64,000 nucleotides of DNA from NCBI GenBank assembly GCA_963714925.1, contig CAVQQK010000003.1, positions 80,186 to 144,185 on the forward strand, read 5' to 3'. Origin of the DNA: an uncultured beta proteobacterium. GTDB taxonomy: Bacteria; Pseudomonadota; Gammaproteobacteria; Burkholderiales; SG8-39. Positions 47,432 to 55,608 of this stretch are shown in pieces. Within the stretch, counting starts at the first letter, position 1. Every line of letters starts with the position of its first letter. Below the pieces are notes generated by a model. The model saw nothing but the letters and a program-made list of their open reading frames with translations, ran no database searches and was not told the origin of the DNA. The position numbers and the translations under genes are program-made.

Positions 47432-48439
47432 TTATTTATACAATTTCTTGTACATGAATAACATTTCAGCCGAAAATAACCTCGGGTTGACCGGATGAGA
47501 CGTCAGCGACCTGGCCCTGCCCATGTACTGTGCAAATCGTGCCCACTCGAGGGCCGAGGCCGAACCTTTTCGAGGCACGACCTCGGTCCCATAAATACGC
47601 CGGCCCGCCAGCGAATCCGCGACCTGGTCGATCGCATGTTTCTGCAACACTTCCGCCAGGGCGTCCAGTGTCTCTCGGTTGCTTGCCTCGGGGATGGAAT
47701 CCGGGTCACCACGGGCGATTGCTGCGATGAACGGGGCTGTCAAAGTGCCTCGTTCACCGGCCGCATATTCGTAGGCACTGCGAGGAGATCCGCCGGCAAA
47801 CGCCAGCCACCGCGCGGCGTCGCAGGAGTCCCCCTGCTCCTCCAGCCAGGCAAGCGCGGCGCGTTCCTCGGGACGTGGTACCGCAACGATCACGCACCGG
47901 CTCCGGATTGTCGGAAGTAACCGCGCCGGTTGATGGGACACCAGAATGAACATGGCACCGGGGGGCGGTTCCTCGAGACCTTTGAGGAGCGCGTTTGCGG
48001 CATGCACATTCATGGCCTCCGCCGGATGGACGAGCGCCACGCGACGGCCCCCCCGGTGAGAGCCGAGGTAGAGGAAATCCGATAGTTCGCGGACCTGGTC
48101 GATCTTGATCTCGAGGCTCGGCTTGGCACCCCGCACGCCCCGCGCCCCCCCTTCTACTCCGGGCGCCGCGTCCTCGGCGTCCGATCTCTGCGCGGCAACT
48201 GCCTCTGGCTCGATCCGGCGCAGGTCCGGGTGATTCCCGGACGCCACCAATCGGCAACCGTCGCAGCGACTGCAGGCGTCCCCCTCGGTGGTCGGTGTCT
48301 CGCACAACAGGCGCGTCGCGAGTTGCTCCGCAAGCGCCAGCTTGCCGATGCCTGCCGGCCCTTGGATGAGCACCGCGTGCGGAAGTCGGTCGACCTGGCT
48401 ACGGAGCACATTCCAGATCGACTCATTAAATATAAACAT
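47432..48439 (-). CDS. holB: DNA polymerase III subunit delta-prime
   Basis: HAVLIQGPAGIGKLALAEQLATRLLCE, Cys cluster C-x2-C-x-GC, SRC motif (IRSRCV). Confidence 0.9.
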   Translation of the reverse strand: MFIFNESIWNVLRSQVDRLPHAVLIQGPAGIGKLALAEQLATRLLCETPTTEGDACSRCDGCRLVASGNHPDLRRIEPEAVAAQRSDAEDAAPGVEGGARGVRGAKPSLEIKIDQVRELSDFLYLGSHRGGRRVALVHPAEAMNVHAANALLKGLEEPPPGAMFILVSHQPARLLPTIRSRCVIVAVPRPEERAALAWLEEQGDSCDAARWLAFAGGSPRSAYEYAAGERGTLTAPFIAAIARGDPDSIPEASNRETLDALAEVLQKHAIDQVADSLAGRRIYGTEVVPRKGSASALEWARFAQYMGRARSLTSHPVNPRLFSAEMLFMYKKLYK

Positions 48440-48446
48440 ATAACTA

Positions 48447-49061
48447 TCAGTACGATAAAAGAATTACTTCAACTTGTTTCTTAACATAATTCAGGTCTTT
48501 TGACGCGTCGATGACATGGACCCGCGCAGGTTCGCACTTGGCCATCTCCAGGTAGGCGCTGCGTACGCGGTCAAAAAACGCCCGGTCTTCCCGCTCGAAA
48601 CGGTCCATTTTCCGCCCGCTGCCTGCGAGCCGCGCGCTCGCGATCTCGTAGGGGCAGTCGAAAACGAGGGTCTGATCCGGGGTCAAGCCCGGGTGCGCAG
48701 CCTGCGTGAGTTCTCGGATCAGTTCGCGGGATACGCCCTTCCCTGCGCCCTGGTAGGCCATTGTCGCATCGGTGAACCGGTCGCATAGAACCCACATGCC
48801 GGCTTCCAGCGCGGGGCGGATCACCGTCCTGACGTGATCGCTTCGCGCCGCAAACATCAGGAGCACCTCGCACACGCCGTCCATAGGGGCTTCGAGTACC
48901 AACTTGCGCAGTGACTCTGCCAGCGGCGTTCCACCCGGTTCGCGGGTCCTCAGCACGCGGTGACCCGCTGCGGTCAGCATCTGTTCGACATGTCCGAGAT
49001 GGGTCGATTTCCCCGCGCCATCGACCCCTTCGAGCGTGATGAATCTGCCCCGCGTGCTCAT
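48447..49061 (-). CDS. tmk: thymidylate kinase
   Basis: FITLEGVDGAGKST P-loop, DRF, LID region. Confidence 0.95.
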   Translation of the reverse strand: MSTRGRFITLEGVDGAGKSTHLGHVEQMLTAAGHRVLRTREPGGTPLAESLRKLVLEAPMDGVCEVLLMFAARSDHVRTVIRPALEAGMWVLCDRFTDATMAYQGAGKGVSRELIRELTQAAHPGLTPDQTLVFDCPYEIASARLAGSGRKMDRFEREDRAFFDRVRSAYLEMAKCEPARVHVIDASKDLNYVKKQVEVILLSY

Positions 49062-50074
49062 TTCGGTCGGGCGCGACGCGCCGGTGCCCGTTGATACTTG
49101 TTCACGGCGCGATTGTGGGCTTCCAGCGTCCGCGAAAATTGGCTGCTGCCGTCTCCGCGCGCCACGTAATACAAGGCGTCGGTGCGCGCGGGTCGCATTG
49201 CGGCCCGCAGCGAGGCCAGCCCGGGAATCGCGATGGGCGTCGGGGGCAGGCCGACCCGTGTATAGGTGTTGTACGGACCGTCGCTCAGCAGGTGAACCTT
49301 CTTCAGATTGCCGTCAAACGCCTCGCCGAGGCCATAGATTACGGTCGGATCGACCTGCAGGCGCATGCCCTTGCGCAGACGGTTGACCAAAGCGCCCGCA
49401 ATCATGTCGCGCTCAGCCGGCTGCCCGGTCTCCTTTTCGATGATCGACGCCATGATCAAGGCGTCGTACGGTCCCCGATACGGCAGGTCGGCGTCTCGCG
49501 TTTTCCATTCCGCGATCAGGTGGCGCTTCATAGCGCGATAGGCGCGGCGCAGCACGGCCAGATCGCTCGAACCCTTGGCGAACAGGTAGGTATCCGGAAA
49601 GACGAGACCTTCCAGCCGCTCTTCAATTGCGCCGATCGCCTGGCGCAACTGTGCCTCGTCCATCGCAGCCGAGTCGTGGTGCAAGTCCGGGCTGGCGTCG
49701 AGTGCAGCCCGCAACTGACGCAATGTCCAGCCCTCGACCAGCCGCACGCCCGCTTGTTGGACATCGCCACGGGTGAGTTTGTCGAGCAGTTCGAGCGGCG
49801 TGAGGGCGCGCGAAATTTCGTAGCTGCCGGCCTTGATCGACTGCGCCTGCCCGAGTGCGCGGGCGAGGGTTTCAAAGCGCAGGCCGCCCGTTTCGATTCC
49901 GGCGCGCTCGAGGATCGTCACCGCGTCCCTGAATCGCGTGCCGCTCGGGATCTCCACTTCGATCGGCAGGGTTTTTACCGGCAGCGGCGTCGTCAGGTAC
50001 CAGGCGACGTAGACCCATGCGGCGCCCGCCGCGAGGACGACAACGAGAACGCTACGGACGATGAACGAAATCAC
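49058..50074 (-). CDS. mltG: endolytic murein transglycosylase MltG (YceG-like)
   Basis: N-terminal TM, YceG core (ASIIEKETG, YNTYTRVGLPPTPIAIPG). Confidence 0.9.
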   Translation of the reverse strand: MISFIVRSVLVVVLAAGAAWVYVAWYLTTPLPVKTLPIEVEIPSGTRFRDAVTILERAGIETGGLRFETLARALGQAQSIKAGSYEISRALTPLELLDKLTRGDVQQAGVRLVEGWTLRQLRAALDASPDLHHDSAAMDEAQLRQAIGAIEERLEGLVFPDTYLFAKGSSDLAVLRRAYRAMKRHLIAEWKTRDADLPYRGPYDALIMASIIEKETGQPAERDMIAGALVNRLRKGMRLQVDPTVIYGLGEAFDGNLKKVHLLSDGPYNTYTRVGLPPTPIAIPGLASLRAAMRPARTDALYYVARGDGSSQFSRTLEAHNRAVNKYQRAPARRARPK

Positions 50075-50122
50075 GACGACAAGGCGATGATCGCCCGAAC
50101 AACGCTAGAATTTCATTCTACG

Positions 50123-51070
50123 ATGAACAAGCATGCTCAACCGATCGAGGCGCTCGGCGTCGCTCCACTGCGACGCGACGGCCTGCTCCAGATCACGGGA
50201 GACGACGCGCGCGGGTTTCTGCACGGGCAGCTGACCAACGACGTCGAGCATCTGGCTTCGGACCGAGCGCGCCTCGCCGGCTGGTGTACCCCGAAAGGTC
50301 GGCTCCTGGCGACGCTATTCGTCGTGCCCGCCGAGCATGGCTTTTTCCTGTTGCTGGCACGCGATCTGATTCCGAGCGTCGTCAAGCGCCTGCGCATGTT
50401 CGTGTTACGTGCCAAGGTCACGATCGAGGACGCGAGTGATCAATGGGCGCAGTTTGGCCTGTTTGGTGCGGCGGCGCTGCCTGCACTCGCGGCACTTGGC
50501 GTCGAGATCCCTGATGCGCCCGATGCGGTGGTCCGCACGGGCGATGCCGTTGTCGTTCGCGTTGGAGGCGATCGCGCCCGCATGCTCGTTCCGGCGCCCG
50601 GACCGGGTGCGTTGATCGAGCGCCTGGACGCCACCGAAGTGGACGACAGCCGCTGGCATCTCGAGGACATCCGCATGGGTCTGCCGCAGGTGGTCGCGGC
50701 GACCCAGGATCTGTTCGTGCCCCAGATGCTGAATCTCGAGGCGATCGCCGGCGTGGACTTCAAAAAGGGGTGCTATCCCGGTCAAGAGATCGTGGCGCGG
50801 ACGCAATTCCGCGGGCAGGTCAAGCGACGCATGGTCCACGCGCGGATCCCGGCGGCAGGCGCGGACGTCGTGCTTGCCCCTGGCCAGGACCTGTTCGGCG
50901 ACGATCAGCCCACGCAGCCGATTGGTACCATCGTTTCAGTGGCGCTGGCGAACGGTGCGCGTGAACTCCTGGCGGTGATTCCGGCCGCGGCAGCAGAACA
51001 ACAGCTGTCGATCCGAACCGCACCCGATGCACCGGCGCTCGAGTTCCTGACGCTCCCGTACGCGGTGTGA
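50123..51070 (+). CDS. ygfZ: folate-binding Fe-S cluster repair / tRNA-modification protein YgfZ
   Basis: GcvT-like fold and the signature KGCYPGQEIVARTQFRG. ATG 50123 was chosen because the upstream part of the 659-aa track ORF is antisense to mltG. Confidence 0.85.
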   Translation: MNKHAQPIEALGVAPLRRDGLLQITGDDARGFLHGQLTNDVEHLASDRARLAGWCTPKGRLLATLFVVPAEHGFFLLLARDLIPSVVKRLRMFVLRAKVTIEDASDQWAQFGLFGAAALPALAALGVEIPDAPDAVVRTGDAVVVRVGGDRARMLVPAPGPGALIERLDATEVDDSRWHLEDIRMGLPQVVAATQDLFVPQMLNLEAIAGVDFKKGCYPGQEIVARTQFRGQVKRRMVHARIPAAGADVVLAPGQDLFGDDQPTQPIGTIVSVALANGARELLAVIPAAAAEQQLSIRTAPDAPALEFLTLPYAV

Positions 51071-51357
51071 TCCGCGCCAACCTGTACGTCTACTACCGGG
51101 CAGACCCGGCGCGCATGGACGCCCTGCGGGCCGCCGTCGGCGCCCTGTTCGACGCGGTGTCGGAAACCTACGGGATCCGGCCACGCTGGATGTGTCGCAG
51201 GGATGACGCGGCGACCTGCATGGAAATCTACGCCGACGTCGAGGACGTCGACGCGCTGGCGGCGTTCATTGGGCGCCAATGCGAGGCCATGGATTTCCGT
51301 CGTCTGCTGGTCGACGCGGGGACACGACACGAGGAATTCTTCGTCGACGGTAACTGA
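51067..51357 (+). CDS. DUF4936 family protein
   Basis: 96 aa with the LYVYYRADPARMDALRAAV...CMEIYADV pattern. Confidence 0.6.
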   Translation: MIRANLYVYYRADPARMDALRAAVGALFDAVSETYGIRPRWMCRRDDAATCMEIYADVEDVDALAAFIGRQCEAMDFRRLLVDAGTRHEEFFVDGN

Positions 51358-51360
51358 CCC

Positions 51361-52128
51361 ATGTGCCTGATCCTGCTTGCCTGGCGTGCGCATCCCCGAT
51401 TTCCGCTGGTGCTGGCGGCCAATCGAGACGAGTTCTACGCTCGGCCGAGCGCGGCGGCTGCATTCTGGCGCGAGACGCCGGCGCTACTTGGTGGGCGCGA
51501 CCTGGAATCGATGGGGACCTGGCTCGGTGTGACACGCAGCGGACGCCTTGCCGCCGTCACCAATGTACGCGAGAGACCCGCTGCGCCCGCCCCGGGCGCA
51601 CCGTCGCGCGGAAAGCTGACGACGGAATTCCTGTGCGGCACCACAGCACCGGCCGATTACGCGGCAGCGGCGTTCGCCGAAGGTGCGGCGTATCGCGGCT
51701 TCAATCTGCTCGTCGCGGATCGGCGTGCGCTGTGGTGGACCTCCAACCGCGCCACCGGCGCCCGCCGGCTCGAGGCCGGCGTCTACGGCCTGTCGAACGA
51801 ACTCCTCGATACACCGTGGCCCAAGGTCGTGAGTGGCAAGCAGCGCCTGGCGCAGGCGCTCGAATCCGGCGTCAGTGTCGACGGCTTGCTCGCGCTTCTC
51901 GCAGATACCGAGCAACCGGGAGACGCCGAGCTTCCCGATACCGGCGTCGGGCTTGAGCGAGAGCGCGAGTTGTCGGCCGCACACGTGGTGTCGGCGGTCT
52001 ACGGCACGCGGTGCTCGAGCGTGCTGATCGTCGATGCGGACGGCCATGCCGAGTTTGCCGAGCGCAGCTTCGAGCCGCACGGCGCGACAGGCGAAACGCT
52101 GACCTATGAGTTCGCGCTCACGCGCTAG
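51361..52128 (+). CDS. NRDE family protein (TANGO2-like)
   Basis: MCLILLAWRAHPRFPLVLAANRDEFYARP, with the N-terminal Cys2 and the NRDE motif. Confidence 0.8.
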   Translation: MCLILLAWRAHPRFPLVLAANRDEFYARPSAAAAFWRETPALLGGRDLESMGTWLGVTRSGRLAAVTNVRERPAAPAPGAPSRGKLTTEFLCGTTAPADYAAAAFAEGAAYRGFNLLVADRRALWWTSNRATGARRLEAGVYGLSNELLDTPWPKVVSGKQRLAQALESGVSVDGLLALLADTEQPGDAELPDTGVGLERERELSAAHVVSAVYGTRCSSVLIVDADGHAEFAERSFEPHGATGETLTYEFALTR

Positions 52129-52583
52129 GTCCGTGGCGACTGCAGGACGCGGCGCATGTCGCGATGCATGATTCCGGCCTCCACGTACGCCTCGCCTTCC
52201 TCGACGAATTCATGCGCGCGATAGAAGGCAAGCGCATGTAACTGGGCGGATAGCGCAACCTCGGTGTCGCCGCGCGCGCGCGCGGCGCCGACGAGCGCCT
52301 CCAAGATTGCACCACCGGCACCCTGGCCGCGCCACGCACCCAACACGGCCATCCGCCCCACATGGCCGATGCAGCGGCTTGCGTGACGCTCGGTGCACAA
52401 CAAACGGCCTGTGCCAACGACCTCGCCCTGTCGGTTCCGTGCCAGCGCGTGGGTGCTGGTGGCATCATGTTCGTCGAGCTCAATTTGCGCTGGAACGCGC
52501 TGTTCCTCGACGAACACGGTAAACCGGATCGGTGCAGCCACGCTGCGTGCCGATTCCCAGGAGAGCAACTCGATGCGGAACAT
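52125..52583 (-). CDS. GNAT family N-acetyltransferase
   Basis: Acetyl-CoA motif RMAVLGAWRGQGAGGAILEALV. The start is uncertain (ATG 52583, 52610 or 52628). Confidence 0.7.
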   Translation of the reverse strand: MFRIELLSWESARSVAAPIRFTVFVEEQRVPAQIELDEHDATSTHALARNRQGEVVGTGRLLCTERHASRCIGHVGRMAVLGAWRGQGAGGAILEALVGAARARGDTEVALSAQLHALAFYRAHEFVEEGEAYVEAGIMHRDMRRVLQSPRT

Positions 52584-52626
52584 CCGCGGAGTATAGAATT
52601 CCACGCCCATCGCCAACACGTTTGAC

Positions 52627-54598
52627 ATGAAAAGCCTCTGGAGCGACGCTGAAGCCGCGCAATTCACCGGTCCGCTCGGGTCGCGGGTGTACAGCGCGCG
52701 TCTGCTCGGGCGCGACAAATCGCTCGTGCTGCACGGCGGCGGAAATACCTCGGTCAAGCTGCGCGAGAAGACCCTGTTCGGCGACGCGCGGGACGTGTTG
52801 TACGTCAAAGGCAGCGGCTGGGACCTGGAATCGATCGAGGCCGCAGGCTTCACACCGGTCGACCTCGACTATGTCAGACGCCTCGCGGATCTGCCGGCAC
52901 TGTCTGATGCGCAGATGGTCAATGAGCTGAACACGCATGGGCTGCGCGCCGGCGCGCCGGCACCCTCAGTGGAAACCATCCTGCACGCGATCCTGCCGCA
53001 CGCCTACGTCGATCACACGCATGCCGATGCCATGCTGTCGATCTCTAATGCGCCCGGGGGCGAAGACCGCATTCGAGAAATCTACGGCGACCGCGTCGTC
53101 GTCATTCCCTACGTCATGCCCGGTTTTGATCTCGCGGCGGCGTGTGCGCAGGCGCTTCGGGCCCATGCCGCCACCACCACGATCGGCATGGTGCTGCTCT
53201 CGCACGGGATGTTTTCGTTCGGCGAAACCGCACGCGAGTCCTACGAACGCATGATCGAGCTTGTTTCGATTGCCGAGAATTATCTTCGCGATCATGCGGC
53301 CTGGGACCTGCCACCCTCCGAACCGCGTCGCGCGCCCGTGCGGCGCGAGGATATCGCCGAACTGCGTCGCGCGATTTCGCAAGCTGCAACCGGCCCCATG
53401 CTATTGCGGGTGAGCGATTCGCCGAAGTTGCTCGGCTTCGCGCAGCATCCCGATCTTGGGCGACTCTCGCAGCAAGGCCCTGCGACACCCGATCACGTGA
53501 TCCGCACCAAGCCGCTGCCGATGATCGGGCGTGACGTCGCGGCGTTCGGGCGACGCTATGCGGCCTATTTCGAGCGTCACGCGGCGCAGGCTAGGGAGCC
53601 CAAAGCCATGCTTGACGTTGCGCCGCGCATGCTGCTCGACCCCGAACTCGGTTTTGCATCGGTCGGGCGCAGCGCGAAGGACGCCGCGATCATCGAGGAC
53701 CTCTACGACCACACGGTCGAAGTGATTCTGCGCGCCGAAAAACTCGGCGGCTGGAGCGCCGTGAGCGCGCGCGACATTTTCGAGATCGAGTACTGGGATC
53801 TGGAACAAGCCAAGTTGCGCAAATCGGGGACCCCGCCTGCGTTCAGCGGCGAGATCGTACTGATTACGGGTGCCGCTTCCGGGATCGGCAACGCCTGCGT
53901 CGACAGTTTTCTGCGGCGCGGTGCAGCCGTGATTGCGCTCGATCGGGACGCCTGCGGTCACCGCGCAATGGCAGCGCCTCGATGTCCTGGGCGTCGAATG
54001 CGACGTCACCGACGCAGATGCCGTGGCACGCGCACTCGACCAAGGGGTCAGACGCTTTGGTGGCGTAGACATGTTGGTTCTCAATGCCGGCGTATTCCCG
54101 GTGACTCAGGCCGTGACCGATATCTCTCTGCCGGCCTGGCACGCCGCCATGTCGGTGAACGTTGAGGCGAATCTAGGTCTGCTACAGCAATGTCATCCGC
54201 TGCTCACGCGCGCCGCGCGCAACGGCCGCGTGGTGGTCATCGGCTCGAAGAACGTGCCCGCCCCCGGGCCCGGTGCAGCCGCGTATTCGGCGTCGAAGGC
54301 CGCGCTCAATCAGCTCACGCGCGTCGTCGCACTCGAATGGGCGAAGGACGGCATTCGGATCAACTCCCTGCATCCTGATGCCGTCTACGACACGGCGTTA
54401 TGGACCGCCGATCTGCTTGCGGCGCGCGCAAAGGCCTACGGCCTAAGCGTTGACCAGTATCGAAGGAAGAACCTGCTCGCCACCGAAGTCACCTCGGGCG
54501 ACGTGGCGGAGCTTGCGGCCGAGCTGTGCGGCACGCTGTTCGCCAAGACGACCGCGGCGCAGATCCCGGTCGACGGCGGCAACGAACGCGTCGTTTGA
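52627..54598 (+). pseudogene. bifunctional class II aldolase / short-chain dehydrogenase, frameshifted in the SDR domain
   Basis: ORF 52627-54165 carries the aldolase/adducin-type N-terminal part (LVLHGGGNTSVK) and the SDR Rossmann start (ITGAASGIGNA...AAVIALDRD). The rest of the SDR (NAGV, YSASKAAL, IPVDGG) continues in another frame (53933-54598). The switch lies near 53945-53955. Confidence 0.7.
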
Positions 54599-55593
54599 TG
54601 GAACGCGCGTTGCCCAAGGACACTGCGGTGCAGACCATGCGTTGGTCCGACGCCGGGCTCGAACTGCTCGACCAGCGGCGCTTGCCCGACGAGGTGGTGT
54701 ACGTCGCCTGCCGCAGCGCAGATGAGGTGGCGGCGGCGATTCGTGACATGGTCGTGCGCGGCGCACCGGCGATCGGCTGTGCGGCGGCCTTCGGCTTCGC
54801 ACTCGAGGCGCGCCTGGGCGGCGATCTCGGGCGTGCCGCGAGGGTGCTGGCGGCGAGCCGCCCGACGGCGGTCAACCTGTTCTGGGCGCTGGAACGCATG
54901 CGCAAGGCAAGCGACCCGCAAGCCGAGGCGGTGGCGATTTTCGACGCAGATCTGGCCGCGAATCGTGCGCTCGGGGCGCACGGCGCGGCCCTGATTCCGG
55001 CCGGCGCGCGCATCATGACGCATTGCAATGCCGGTGCCCTCGCCACTGCCGGCTACGGCACGGCGCTAGGCGTGGTGCGCTCGGCACATGCATCCGGAAA
55101 GCGCGTCTCGGTAATCGCGAATGAGACCCGACCCTATCTCCAGGGCGCGCGGCTAACCGCCTGGGAAATGCTCGAGGAAAGTATCCCGGTCACCTTGGTC
55201 GCGGACGCCGCGGCGGGGCATCTCATGCGTCGCGGCGACATCGACCTCGTATTGGTGGGGGCGGACCGGATCGCCGCAAACGGCGATGTCGCGAACAAGA
55301 TCGGAACCTACACCCTGGCGGTGCTCGCGCAGCGGCACGGCCTGCCCTTCTACGTCGCGGCGCCCAGTTCGACCTTCGATCTGACGCTGCGCGACGGCGC
55401 CGAGATCCCGATCGAAGAGCGTGCGGCCGACGAAGTCACCGGCTTCAGGACCCTGCGCTGGGCGCCGCACGGGGTGGCGGTTCGCAACCCCGCGTTCGAC
55501 GTGACGCCGGCGGATCTGATCAGCGCCATCGTGTGCGAGTTGGGTGTCATTGCACGCCCCGACCGCAAGCGAATCGCCGCGGTGCTGGGCTAG
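54598..55593 (+). CDS. mtnA: S-methyl-5-thioribose-1-phosphate isomerase
   Basis: eIF-2B-like MtnA: LELLDQRRLP, MVVRGAPAIG, THCNAGALAT, VGADRIAANGD.ANKIGTY, NPAFDVTPA. ATG 54598 overlaps the upstream stop (TGATG). Confidence 0.9.
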   Translation: MERALPKDTAVQTMRWSDAGLELLDQRRLPDEVVYVACRSADEVAAAIRDMVVRGAPAIGCAAAFGFALEARLGGDLGRAARVLAASRPTAVNLFWALERMRKASDPQAEAVAIFDADLAANRALGAHGAALIPAGARIMTHCNAGALATAGYGTALGVVRSAHASGKRVSVIANETRPYLQGARLTAWEMLEESIPVTLVADAAAGHLMRRGDIDLVLVGADRIAANGDVANKIGTYTLAVLAQRHGLPFYVAAPSSTFDLTLRDGAEIPIEERAADEVTGFRTLRWAPHGVAVRNPAFDVTPADLISAIVCELGVIARPDRKRIAAVLG

Positions 55594-55608
55594 GCCTCGG
55601 CGCAAACC

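Noticed and set aside
49091-50122. 344-codon upstream extension of the ygfZ ORF (track ORF 49091-51070)
   Set aside because: It is antisense to mltG. The YgfZ homology begins at ATG 50123, after a divergent intergenic gap.
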